Positions 9,818-18,655 of a stretch of 64,000 nucleotides of DNA are shown one piece after another. The translations under genes and the position numbers were made by a program. Below the pieces are notes generated by a model. That model ran no database searches, was not told where the DNA came from, and saw only the letters and a program-made list of their open reading frames with translations. The stretch is from a virus (Duplodnaviria > Caudoviricetes): positions 35,953 through 99,952 of IMG/VR virus record IMGVR_UViG_2511231106_000002. The stretch is one strand, 5' to 3'. How positions within the stretch are numbered: position 1 is the stretch's first letter; each line of letters opens with the position of its first letter.

Positions 9818-10429
9818 TTATTCGATGACTTCCCATTCATCAGCTCCGGGTATCAGCCCAAGACTGCTGCCCGTATCCCACTGTACATGGATGATCCCGG
9901 CATCATCGACGAACTGGACGGTGCCTTCAGTTCCCTTGGGCGGAGCTTGCCTGTCATCCATGGCGATAAGCCGGACCCGCGTTCCTTCTATCCGTTCCCG
10001 GCTGTGCCGCAGGCCGGCCCGCAGGATGGACAGGTCGAAACCGAACCTGCGGTAATCCCGCTCCATGTTCTGATAATACCAGTCCTCCGGAATACCGAAC
10101 CGCCGGTCTTCGTGCATGATGTACACAAGACCGCTGATGATGCCGTCATCTGTTTCCACATCCACTTCTTTTTTATAATAGAATCGCGGGAAGCCTTCAT
10201 AGGCATCGAGCCGCCGTTCATCCGCCGGAGAAATGCGCCAGAAAACAACCGGCACGAAGGCACCCGCCTTCTTCTCGATGGTGGCGTAACATCCTGTCAG
10301 GGAACCTTTGAAGAGGAGTTCATAGCCCCGGATTCGGCCCGTCCCTGAAAGAACGGCGTCAGGACACCGTCTTGCCATCTGTACTTCACTCATGTTGCTG
10401 CCGTAGGCAATGTAGATTCTTTGTTTCAT
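9818..10429 (-). CDS. Gamma-glutamylcyclotransferase (AIG2-like) fused to DUF4314
   Basis: YIAYGSNM, LDAYEGFP.FY; C-terminal GTRVRLIAMDD...GTV..VDD.G.IHV.WD.GSSL. Confidence 0.88.
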   Translation of the reverse strand: MKQRIYIAYGSNMSEVQMARRCPDAVLSGTGRIRGYELLFKGSLTGCYATIEKKAGAFVPVVFWRISPADERRLDAYEGFPRFYYKKEVDVETDDGIISGLVYIMHEDRRFGIPEDWYYQNMERDYRRFGFDLSILRAGLRHSRERIEGTRVRLIAMDDRQAPPKGTEGTVQFVDDAGIIHVQWDTGSSLGLIPGADEWEVIE

Positions 10430-10505
10430 CGCTCTCATCCTTTCTGAAGGGATTGCCCTTCTACCACCCCAAGGGCAGCCGAAGCTGCCCGTAAGGCTAT
10501 CCCCT

Positions 10506-11402
10506 TCAAGCGGCGGCATTGCGCCATGCGGAATTGCCTGTGAGGTGTTTCAGGAAGTGGAGTCGGCAGGTCTTGAACTCGTCACCGATGAGTCCGAGCC
10601 GGAGCATCCAGCACCGGAAAGCGTATTTCTCATTGTCCGTTTCGGTCTTTCGGGCCGAGGCTTTCTTCTGGGCCAGGGCCTGATGAGCGACGGCCAGGCA
10701 GAACTGAATATATGCCTTGATTTCCCCAGCGTGGAGTGTCCCGTTGAAAAGCCGGAACTCGACGGTCCCTTTGGTGAAAGTGGCATGCAGGTTCAGCCCG
10801 TGGTAGCGGGTGCTGTTGTAATGATGGTTCCGTCCGTAAGGGGCTTCCTGATACCAGAGGTCGGCGATGCCATCCAGCGTGTCCGGCTTTTTCCGGTTGA
10901 GGTCCTTCAGGAAGGTGGTGTTCGTTTTCCGGCAGTATCGGCTTTCCCGCGAGGGGTTAATCTGAAGGGCGCGGTAAATCATGTCTTCTTTGCTCGCCAT
11001 AATGTTCACCAGGTTCCGCAGTGTCTTTGCCGTGAAGCGTTCGGCCCCGACATGGATGTGGATGCCGCAGGACTTATTGGCAAAGGCCCCGGCCTTGCGT
11101 AGCATCCGCACCAGTTCCTGCAGCTTCGGGATGTCTTCGTAGGAAAGAATGGGACTGACCACTTCCGTGCGGTAGAAGCTGGAAGCATCTGTAATGTTTC
11201 CGTTCACCTTCTTCTGTGGAACCAGGCTGGAGTCGTTCATGGCTTTCCATTTCCGTCCCTGTTCATCCCTTGCGGTGTAGGTATCGTAGGCACCGCCTTC
11301 GTGCCGGCTTTCCGTCCCGAAGAAACGGGCCATGAGGCTGGCAGCCCGGCTTCTCGTAATCCCTGTCATTTCCATTTCGATGCCAAAGTGCAGTGTTTTC
11401 AT
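10506..11402 (-). CDS. Amidoligase (COOH-NH2 ligase, Amidoligase_2 family)
   Basis: FGIEME, DSS, EVVSPIL, SCGIHIHVG, RYHGLN, TVEFRLF. Confidence 0.9.
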   Translation of the reverse strand: MKTLHFGIEMEMTGITRSRAASLMARFFGTESRHEGGAYDTYTARDEQGRKWKAMNDSSLVPQKKVNGNITDASSFYRTEVVSPILSYEDIPKLQELVRMLRKAGAFANKSCGIHIHVGAERFTAKTLRNLVNIMASKEDMIYRALQINPSRESRYCRKTNTTFLKDLNRKKPDTLDGIADLWYQEAPYGRNHHYNSTRYHGLNLHATFTKGTVEFRLFNGTLHAGEIKAYIQFCLAVAHQALAQKKASARKTETDNEKYAFRCWMLRLGLIGDEFKTCRLHFLKHLTGNSAWRNAAA

Positions 11403-11445
11403 AATCCTCTCTGTCCTTTCTATGTGTGCGTGTGTTCTTTTGGTA

Positions 11446-11488
11446 CACTATATATCACTCTAAAGGTACACAATAGCAAGTCATTTTG
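11446..11488 (-). promoter_or_regulatory. Repeated promoter box upstream of amidoligase
   Basis: AAATGAcTTGCTATT-N-AGAGTGATATAT; near-identical copy at 12406-12449. Confidence 0.7.
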
Positions 11489-11515
11489 AGAATAATTATG
11501 AATTAAATTGAAAAT

Positions 11516-12379
11516 TTATGGGTTCTGATGCCGGCGTTCTTTCTGCTTTCTGGCATGAGCCTTGGCTTCTTCTTCCGTGCGGAAGGCACTCCATCCCTTC
11601 AGGCCTTTCAGAAGGGCCATGCGCGATTCGTGGCTGGCCTTGGTCCCCATGCCGATGCGCAGGAGCCACATCCGCAGGTAGTACTTCTCGTTTTCAGGCT
11701 TCCGTGTGTCAGTCTGAACCCGTTTCGCTTTTTTCGCTGCGCTGACCATGAAGGCCGCTAGTTCAATCAGGGCGCGGTTCTTCACGGCATTGCCGGTTGC
11801 GGCAATGCAGAATGTCACCGTATCTGCCGCAATCCAGAAGCCCCGCCCTTCCTTGCGATAGTTCTGATAGATGGCAAAGAAGGAAGTCTGGTCGGTACCA
11901 GGTTCTTCTTTCAAGTCTTCCACCAGCCTGTCCGGCACATGGATGTTTTCATGTCCTGCCGCCCGGTTCAGCAGGTACTGCTGGGCGTGGAGCATGAAGA
12001 CCAGGTTGCGGAGCTGCGCCCCGTCCATGCCATCAATGGGAACCTTGATTTCCATCCTGTCCAGCTCCGTTTCCGTCTGCGGCAGTGCTTCCGATTCTGG
12101 CGTTTCATCCTGCTGTGGCGGGTCTTGCGTTACTTCGGTTCCTGTTCCTTCTTCCGGTTCCGGCTGCGGAAGGATTCCGGCTTCCTGCAGGAAAGCCGTG
12201 ATAGCGGCTTCTGTCTTTTCATCATCGCATTCGATATCGCCATTGCGAAGGATGCGGAAGCCCTGCCCTTCGTAGGCAAAGGCCGGCGTCCCGGTGTAAT
12301 GAAGCTTTTCGTTATGGTTGAAAGGAATCAGCCGTCTGGCCAGTTCCTTGCGGTCGTTCAGGTTCGTCTGGATTGTCAT
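11516..12379 (-). CDS. Hypothetical protein sharing its C-terminal domain with the amidoligase
   Basis: NEKYYLRMWLLRIGM...R..LLK.L.GWSAFR versus NEKYAFRCWMLRLGL...R..FLK.L.GNSAWR in the amidoligase. Confidence 0.8.
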   Translation of the reverse strand: MTIQTNLNDRKELARRLIPFNHNEKLHYTGTPAFAYEGQGFRILRNGDIECDDEKTEAAITAFLQEAGILPQPEPEEGTGTEVTQDPPQQDETPESEALPQTETELDRMEIKVPIDGMDGAQLRNLVFMLHAQQYLLNRAAGHENIHVPDRLVEDLKEEPGTDQTSFFAIYQNYRKEGRGFWIAADTVTFCIAATGNAVKNRALIELAAFMVSAAKKAKRVQTDTRKPENEKYYLRMWLLRIGMGTKASHESRMALLKGLKGWSAFRTEEEAKAHARKQKERRHQNP

Positions 12380-12405
12380 GGTCTATGTACCTCCTTGTTT
12401 TGCTA

Positions 12406-12449
12406 GTACATATATCACTCTGAACGCCGATAATAGCAAATCATTTTTG
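12406..12449 (-). promoter_or_regulatory. Repeated promoter box (second copy)
   Basis: AAATGAtTTGCTATT-N-AGAGTGATATAT followed by AAGGAGG RBS. Confidence 0.7.
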
Positions 12450-13955
12450 CATCTTTTTCTCAAAGAAGCAGGCAATGCCGGCCAAGACGAAATACACGCA
12501 GGGAAGGGCGACACCGTTGCCCCACATCTTGTATTCCGCAGAATCCCGGTACGGTTCCTTCAGCCATTTGATAATCTGGTTCCGGGTCTTGGGCTTTGTC
12601 TTTTTCCCCAGGGCTTTCCGATGGGTCTCAAAGACATCGCTCCAAAAGCGGATGTCTTCTTCAGACGGGTTCCCTGTTTCCAGATGGCTGCACCACCAGT
12701 CCGGGAATCCCTGGAGCCTTGCACATTCTGCCGGCATCAGGCGGCGGACACGAGCATGGCTGTTGATGAGCGGCGGATCTTTATAATCTGTAGCTACCAG
12801 GGAGCTGGCCACTTCCTTCGCTGCTCGTGTAAAGTGGGAATTCTTGCTGGCGCTGTAGGTCTGCTCCACCACGGCGATGCCGCCCTGGTTGCTCCCCGGC
12901 ACATTCCCCGAACGGTCGACGGTCCGGCAGGTATCGCTCTCATAGACATGGTTGCGCATATTGCGGGTGCCATCTGACGTCTGGCGCACATCATAGGTTC
13001 TCCGTGTTCCGTCAGCACCGCCTTGAAGCACCAGTGGCTGGTTATTGCCGCCAGTCCCGTACCGCGCCGTGAGTGATGGGTTCACAGAGAGCGGCCCCTT
13101 GTACCGGGCATCGGCTCCATGGTTCTCAAACACCGGCCCCGGCAGATTGACGATGACCGGAGGATGATGGGCTTCTGCCCGCAGCGTATTCGTCCGCTCT
13201 TCCGTCACATCCATGCGGATACCGCCCTGATCATTCAGGCAGACTGTGCCTGTTGCTCCAGTGCCAGGCGCAAGACCTCCGGCAGCACTCTGCCATGCTC
13301 GGAAGCCCTGCGCAGAATACCCTGACAGGCCCTCGGACTCAAATAGAACCTTGGCGGCACTTTGTCCATCAAAATCTGCGACAAGGTAGATGCGTTTTCT
13401 TCTTTGGGGAACACCCCAGTACTGGGCGTCGAGGACGCGCCAGGCCACAGAGTAACCGTTTCCCAGGATGCATCCGGCGGGCTTCCATTTCGCATATCCA
13501 GCCACTGAAACCGCAGGTTCTTTAATGCGGCAGATTTCTTCGAGGACCGTCCGGAAATCCTCACCCTTGTTACTGGAGAAAGCCCCAGGGACATTCTCCC
13601 ACACGATATATCTTGGATATTGTCCATTCGTTGCTTCCCTCATTTCCTTCACGATGCGCACTGCCTGATAGAACAGCGAGGACTGCGAACCGCCAAGGCC
13701 GTCCCTTTTTCCGGCAATCGACATATCCTGGCAGGGACTGCCGAAGGTAATGATGTCTACCGGCTCGATTTGTGCGCCGTTTACGGCACTCACATCACCG
13801 TAATGCTTCACAGATGGCAGCCGTCTCGTCGTCACGCGGATGGGGAACGGCTCGATTTCCGAGTTCCATACAGGACAGATGCCCGCCAGGATGGCGCCCA
13901 GTTCAAAGCCACCGCTCCCGGAGAACAGGCTGCCCAGCTTAATCTGTTCCATCAT
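12441..13955 (-). CDS. DNA (cytosine-5) methyltransferase
   Basis: SLFSGSGG (I), GSPCQD (IV), WENV (VI), PQRRKR (VIII), RRLMPAEC.RLQGFP (IX), GNGV (X); long variable region. Confidence 0.93.
   Translation of the reverse strand: MMEQIKLGSLFSGSGGFELGAILAGICPVWNSEIEPFPIRVTTRRLPSVKHYGDVSAVNGAQIEPVDIITFGSPCQDMSIAGKRDGLGGSQSSLFYQAVRIVKEMREATNGQYPRYIVWENVPGAFSSNKGEDFRTVLEEICRIKEPAVSVAGYAKWKPAGCILGNGYSVAWRVLDAQYWGVPQRRKRIYLVADFDGQSAAKVLFESEGLSGYSAQGFRAWQSAAGGLAPGTGATGTVCLNDQGGIRMDVTEERTNTLRAEAHHPPVIVNLPGPVFENHGADARYKGPLSVNPSLTARYGTGGNNQPLVLQGGADGTRRTYDVRQTSDGTRNMRNHVYESDTCRTVDRSGNVPGSNQGGIAVVEQTYSASKNSHFTRAAKEVASSLVATDYKDPPLINSHARVRRLMPAECARLQGFPDWWCSHLETGNPSEEDIRFWSDVFETHRKALGKKTKPKTRNQIIKWLKEPYRDSAEYKMWGNGVALPCVYFVLAGIACFFEKKMQK
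13235..13627 (-). CDS. Out-of-frame overlapping gene inside the C5 methyltransferase (M.EcoHK31I beta-like)
   Basis: 130 aa; GAGGGAAG RBS 6 nt before ATG; STLSQIL...FYLSPRACQGILRRASEHGRVLPEVLRLAL. Confidence 0.7.
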   Translation of the reverse strand: MDNIQDISCGRMSLGLSPVTRVRISGRSSKKSAALKNLRFQWLDMRNGSPPDASWETVTLWPGASSTPSTGVFPKEENASTLSQILMDKVPPRFYLSPRACQGILRRASEHGRVLPEVLRLALEQQAQSA

Positions 13956-15189
13956 CTGCCACCTCCGCATACGGGATTTTCTCATCTCCGCGCAGGATAA
14001 ACACACCCGCGTCCCCATATTCACTGATGTAGCGCCTGACGATGACGTCGACGAACTTCTCGTCCAGCTCGATGCCGTAACAAATGCGGCCCGTCTGCTG
14101 GCAGGCCATGAGTGTGGAACCGGAACCGAGGAACGGATCCAGGACGATACAGTGGCTCATAGACGAATTCTGTATTGGGTACGCCATCAGGGCTATAGGC
14201 TTCATGGTGGGATGCTCTTTGCTGGCTTTCGGCCGGTCGTATTCCCAGATGGTCGTCTGTTTGCGGTCGGAATACCATTGATGCCTGCCGTTCAGCTTCC
14301 AGCCAAAAAGGCACGGTTCATGCTGCCATTGATACGGGCTACGTCCCAGTACCAGGGCGTTCTTCTTCCAGATGCAGCAGCCAGACAAGTAGAATCCTGC
14401 GTCCTTGAATGCCTTGCGGAAGTTCAGCCCCTGGGTATCTGCGTGGAATACATAGATGGAAGCATCCTGCTCCATGTTCTGTTCCATATTGACGAAGGCC
14501 GCGAAAAGGAACTGGTAGAACTTGTCATCCGGCATATTGTCGTTCTTGATCTTGCCGGCCGTTTCTTCGACATCGACGTTATACGGCGGATCCGTCAGCA
14601 CCATGTTGGCCTTCTTCCCCGCCATCAGCCGTTCATAGGTTTCCGGCAGCGTCGCATCGCCACAGATGACGCGGTGGTCACCCAGGAGCCAGATATCTCC
14701 CGCACGGGCGACAGTCGGCTTTGCCAGTTCGCCATCGACATCAAAGTCATCTTCCTTGATTTTCTTGTTGTACACTTTCGAGAAGAGCTGCTCGACTTCC
14801 GGTGCTTCAAAGCCCGTCAGGTCGACGTTGAAGTCGACGCTCTGCAAATCGACGATGAGGTCGGCCAGGAGCTGTTCGTTCCAGGCACCCGTGATTTTGT
14901 TGAGCGCAATGTTGAGCGCCTTGACCTTATGCTCATCCTCGATATGGACAACGACACACTGGACTTCTTCGTAGCCCAGGTTCTTCAGTACGGTCAGGCG
15001 CTGATGCCCGCCGATGACCGTCATGTCGTAATTGACGATGATGGGTTCCACATAGCCAAACTCCTGAATGGACTTCTTGATTTTCTCGTATTCCTTGTCG
15101 CCAGGCTTCAGCTGCTTCCTGGGGTTATATGCCGCAGGCTTCAGCTGGCCGATGGGCAGCATCTTCCATTCCATATCCGATGTCTTCAC
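13939..15189 (-). CDS. ParB-like domain + N6/N4 DNA methyltransferase
   Basis: YNPRK/GGHQR ParB N-terminus; TDPPY, HPTMKP, DPFLGSG. Confidence 0.93.
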   Translation of the reverse strand: MKTSDMEWKMLPIGQLKPAAYNPRKQLKPGDKEYEKIKKSIQEFGYVEPIIVNYDMTVIGGHQRLTVLKNLGYEEVQCVVVHIEDEHKVKALNIALNKITGAWNEQLLADLIVDLQSVDFNVDLTGFEAPEVEQLFSKVYNKKIKEDDFDVDGELAKPTVARAGDIWLLGDHRVICGDATLPETYERLMAGKKANMVLTDPPYNVDVEETAGKIKNDNMPDDKFYQFLFAAFVNMEQNMEQDASIYVFHADTQGLNFRKAFKDAGFYLSGCCIWKKNALVLGRSPYQWQHEPCLFGWKLNGRHQWYSDRKQTTIWEYDRPKASKEHPTMKPIALMAYPIQNSSMSHCIVLDPFLGSGSTLMACQQTGRICYGIELDEKFVDVIVRRYISEYGDAGVFILRGDEKIPYAEVADDGTD

Positions 15190-15364
15190 ACGCTTGCTCC
15201 TCTCTGAAGGCAGCCGCCACCGCTCTGCCGTAACCGGCGAGGTGGTGCCACCTGCAATAATTCCGTACGCTGTCCCGTGACAGCTTGGTCTTCCTGGCGA
15301 TGGCTTTGTAGCCCATCCCCTGCTTCCGCATGGCTTCTATCTGCCGACGCTGGCAGTCGTTCAT
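15125..15364 (-). CDS. Small HTH protein
   Basis: RKQGMGYKAIARKTKLSRDSVRNYCR; AAAGGAG RBS. Confidence 0.7.
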   Translation of the reverse strand: MNDCQRRQIEAMRKQGMGYKAIARKTKLSRDSVRNYCRWHHLAGYGRAVAAAFREEQACEDIGYGMEDAAHRPAEACGI

Positions 15365-15386
15365 GACAGGCTCCTTTCACACAACA

Positions 15387-15415
15387 AAAAAGCTCCGGGC
15401 CAAATAGCCTGGAGC
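15387..15415 (-). terminator. Intrinsic terminator
   Basis: GCTCCAGGC-loop-GCCCGGAGC then T-run on the minus strand. Confidence 0.6.
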
Positions 15416-15439
15416 AGATGATTCGATTTTAGATGCCGG

Positions 15440-15535
15440 GTATCCCCCCTTATGAATTTCGCGTTTTTTCACGTTTGAGGGGGCGGCGGTCATGGACGGA
15501 AGGGCTGTAGAGATTGACATCCCCCCGGTCGCCCT
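15440..15535 (-). other. Putative cos packaging region
   Basis: GC-rich CCGCCGCCCCCTC core flanked by G-runs, downstream of HNH and upstream of terS as in HK97-type 3'-cos phages. Confidence 0.6.
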
Positions 15536-15554
15536 ATACGTGTGGATTAAACCA

Positions 15555-15617
15555 TTGACAAATTGCAGTCTGATTCTTATAATATTATTGTTAGTAATGT
15601 TATTATTGCTAGTAATG
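15555..15617 (+). promoter_or_regulatory. Consensus sigma-A promoter with two tandem operator-like repeats
   Basis: TTGACA(15555)-17 bp-TATAAT(15578); TATTATTGYTAGTAATG at 15583 and 15601. Confidence 0.85.
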
Positions 15618-15628
15618 ATTAGGGAGGT

Positions 15629-16033
15629 ATGATTATGTCAGAAAAAAAATCAGCTTTTATAGTTTCCTCTGTATCACAACAACCTACTGAACAAGAAAAA
15701 AAATCTCCAACAATTAAAGATACAGCCAACAATTTTATAAACAACTACAACTTTGATAATTATTCCCTTGACTACAAAAATGGTAAAGCTTTTGTAGTGG
15801 GACACAAAGGGAACCAAACATTAACGTTAAAAGTAGAACAAACGGGACACGGTGGCTCTATTGAAGCTACTAACTATAACCTGTCCTGTCCAAAGTCAGA
15901 TTTGACATCCGATATTATGGCATTACGCAAACAGGGAAAAACCCAAACTGAAGTTGCAGCAATATTAAACATCTCTCAGTCTTATGTGTCCTTTCTCGAA
16001 CGTCAATACAACAATAACCTAAAAAATGATTAA
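15629..16033 (+). CDS. AT-rich moron protein with C-terminal HTH
   Basis: GGGAGG RBS; LRKQGKTQTEVAAILNISQSYVS; opposite orientation to neighbours. Confidence 0.85.
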   Translation: MIMSEKKSAFIVSSVSQQPTEQEKKSPTIKDTANNFINNYNFDNYSLDYKNGKAFVVGHKGNQTLTLKVEQTGHGGSIEATNYNLSCPKSDLTSDIMALRKQGKTQTEVAAILNISQSYVSFLERQYNNNLKND

Positions 16034-16389
16034 TACCTGTACTCGATGTCCCGGTCTTCGATCATCGTCTTATGGTCATGGCAGCTCTTGCACAGGGGCT
16101 GCCAGTTCGTTTCGTCCCAGAACAAGTCCGGGTCGCCGCGATGCGGCTTGATATGATCCACGACTGTTGCCGGGACGAGCCGTCCTTTCTCTTTGCATCG
16201 GACGCACCAGGGGTGACGCTTCAGGAAGAACTTCCTGGCTTTCTGCCACTCTCTCCCGTAGCCACGCAGCACCGCGTTCTTCCGTTCACCCTGGCACTGC
16301 TGTTCATGTTCGTCACAATATTTTCTCCCATACGGCACCAGCCTTGGGCATCCCGGATACTTGCACGGTGTCCGCGGTCTTCTTGGCAT
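16030..16389 (-). CDS. HNH endonuclease (cos packaging-associated)
   Basis: CVRC...VDHIKPHRG...NWQPLCKSCHDHKT. Confidence 0.92.
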   Translation of the reverse strand: MPRRPRTPCKYPGCPRLVPYGRKYCDEHEQQCQGERKNAVLRGYGREWQKARKFFLKRHPWCVRCKEKGRLVPATVVDHIKPHRGDPDLFWDETNWQPLCKSCHDHKTMIEDRDIEYRY

Positions 16390-16457
16390 TCGTATCATCT
16401 CCGGCATCAAAAAAGGACCGATGGCTTCAAGCCTCGGTCCTTATCTTTTTCTTGCTG

Positions 16458-16521
16458 ATTATAGTATATCTTACAGAAGCCTGTGACATCAAGTGCTGCT
16501 TTAGTGACATTCAGTGACATT
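16458..16521 (-). promoter_or_regulatory. Late promoter with activator-binding direct repeats
   Basis: Three ATGTCAC repeats (16483, 16504, 16514) at the activator 3' end, upstream of TATACTATAAT. Confidence 0.65.
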
Positions 16522-16960
16522 CGCCAGGAATCTCGATGTGTTTCAGGGCTTCGTCATGCAGCCGGTACACTTGGCGGATATGAAGTCCGAGAGTATCGGC
16601 AATGGATGCCCAGTCTTTAAAGGCCAAGTAGCGGAGTTCTAAGATGACCCGTTCCCGGGCATCTGGCACTCGGCTGACAGCCATCATGATGTCTGCCTTG
16701 AGTTCGACCAGGACGTCGATGGCTTCATCCACTTCCTGTTCCATATCCATCATACGGGCGATGGTTTCTTCCAGACGGTGCGGATTGGGTGTCCCGCTTG
16801 GCGGCACCGGGCTGAGTGTCGATGACGCCTTGATAGCCAGCTGCCGCAAAGACGATACCTGCTCCAGCTTGCTGTCTATCTGTATGTTGATGTTCCGTGC
16901 CTGTTCCAGGTACGCCTTGGCTTCCATACGCTTTTCTTCTCCTTCTGTTTCCGGTTTCAT
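16511..16960 (-). CDS. RinA/ArpU-like late transcriptional activator
   Basis: AKAYLEQ...ILELRY...W..IA..LG...RQVYRLH..AL. Confidence 0.85.
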   Translation of the reverse strand: MKPETEGEEKRMEAKAYLEQARNINIQIDSKLEQVSSLRQLAIKASSTLSPVPPSGTPNPHRLEETIARMMDMEQEVDEAIDVLVELKADIMMAVSRVPDARERVILELRYLAFKDWASIADTLGLHIRQVYRLHDEALKHIEIPGECH

Positions 16961-18327
16961 AGTATACCCCCATTTTCTGTTTCCGTCATGCCCAGGTCAG
17001 CCTTTACGGCTTCAATCAAAGCCGCCTGGGTTCCGTCTTTGTGTTTCAAGACGTTCAGGATGCGTTCATCAATCGTGTCCTTGGCTACGATGTGCTGTAT
17101 GATGACCGTCTCGTCCGCCTGCCCCTGCCGCCAGAGCCGGGCGTTGGTCTGCTGGTACAGCTCCAGACTCCAAGTCAGGCCAAACCAGATCAAGATGGAA
17201 CCGCCCTGCTGCAGGTTCAGGCCGTGTCCGGCAGAGGCCGGATGGATGAGGGCCACAGGAATCTTTCCCGCATTCCAGTCGGCGAAATCCTGCGGCTCCT
17301 TCAGCTCCCGGGCTTCCATCCGCTGCTGGATACGGTCTTTATCATGCTTGAACCAATAGGCCACCAGGACCGGTTTCCCGTTGGCGCTTTCCACCAGGTC
17401 TTCTAAGGCATCCAGTTTCCGGTCATGGATGGCCGCCACGTCCTTGCCATCGGTATAAATCGCGCCATTCGCCATCTGCGAAAGCTTCAGGGTAAGCGAT
17501 GCGGCATTAGCAGAGGTGACCTCGCCGCCTGGAAGCTCCAGTACCAGGGACTTCTTCAGCTTATCGTACCGTTTCTTTTCCGTTTCACTCAAGCAGACCT
17601 CTTTCGCTACGCTCACCAGTTCCGGCATCTCCAGATAATCTGTTGCCTTCATGGACACGGTGATGTCGGAAATCTGGTGATAGATGGCTTCTTCCGCTCC
17701 CGGCAGTGGCTTGTAGGAATACACCACCATGCCGTTGCGTTTGTCTGGCTGGAAGTAGAGGTTCCGGTACTGGCTGATATATCTTCCCAGACGCTCTCCC
17801 ATATCCAGGATGCGGAACTCAGCCCAGAGGTCCATCAAGCCATTGCCGCTGGGCGTCCCTGTAAGGCCGACGATGCGTTTCACTTTAGGACGCAGGGCCT
17901 TCATGGCACGGAACCGCTTCGACTGGTGGTTCTTGAAACTCGACAGCTCGTCCAGAACGACCATATCGAAATCCAGGCGGCTGTTCTCATAGAGCCAGGC
18001 CAGGTTCTCGCGGTTCACGATATAGATATCCGCATCCTGCTGCAAAGCCCGCCGCCGTTCTGCCACGGTTCCCACGACCACACTGCAGGTCAGCTCTTTC
18101 AGGTGATCCCACTTTCTGAGTTCATCCGGCCAGGTGTCTCTCGCCACCCGCAGCGGAGCTATCACCAGCACCCGCTTAACTTCAAAGGCATCATACATGA
18201 GGTCACGGATGGCCGTCAGCGTTGTCACCGTCTTGCCAAGGCCCATGTCTAGGAACAGGGCTGTAATGGGATGGGACTTGATGTATTCGATGGCGTATTT
18301 CTGATAATCATGCGGCATGAACTTCAT
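16957..18327 (-). CDS. SNF2-family helicase
   Basis: DMGLGKT, DELS, LTGTP, GHGLNLQ, QTNARLWRQGQ. Confidence 0.93.
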   Translation of the reverse strand: MKFMPHDYQKYAIEYIKSHPITALFLDMGLGKTVTTLTAIRDLMYDAFEVKRVLVIAPLRVARDTWPDELRKWDHLKELTCSVVVGTVAERRRALQQDADIYIVNRENLAWLYENSRLDFDMVVLDELSSFKNHQSKRFRAMKALRPKVKRIVGLTGTPSGNGLMDLWAEFRILDMGERLGRYISQYRNLYFQPDKRNGMVVYSYKPLPGAEEAIYHQISDITVSMKATDYLEMPELVSVAKEVCLSETEKKRYDKLKKSLVLELPGGEVTSANAASLTLKLSQMANGAIYTDGKDVAAIHDRKLDALEDLVESANGKPVLVAYWFKHDKDRIQQRMEARELKEPQDFADWNAGKIPVALIHPASAGHGLNLQQGGSILIWFGLTWSLELYQQTNARLWRQGQADETVIIQHIVAKDTIDERILNVLKHKDGTQAALIEAVKADLGMTETENGGIL

Positions 18328-18632
18328 GCACCTCCGCCCCCTTTCCCATCAGGCATGTGGGCGATAGCCTTCAGGACTGCGGGAATATCCTCCATGGCAT
18401 CCAGGACGAATACCTGGTAGCCCAGCCGTCGCAACATGGCATGGCGCTTCAGCTGCAGCGGCCTTGGCTTCTGCCCCGGCGCCTTTACTTCCACAAAGCC
18501 CATCTTCCCATCAGCCAATAGAATCAAGCGGTCCGGCATACCTGCAAATGATGGCGAAACAAGCTTCACTGCCTTACCGCCAGCCTTCTCCGTTTCCATC
18601 ACCAGGTGGTGTTCGATTACTTTTTCTCGCAT
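18324..18632 (-). CDS. VRR-NUC nuclease
   Basis: GMPDR...FVEVKAPG.KPRPLQ. Confidence 0.9.
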   Translation of the reverse strand: MREKVIEHHLVMETEKAGGKAVKLVSPSFAGMPDRLILLADGKMGFVEVKAPGQKPRPLQLKRHAMLRRLGYQVFVLDAMEDIPAVLKAIAHMPDGKGGGGA

Positions 18633-18655
18633 ATTACTCACCTCTTTTTTATAGG

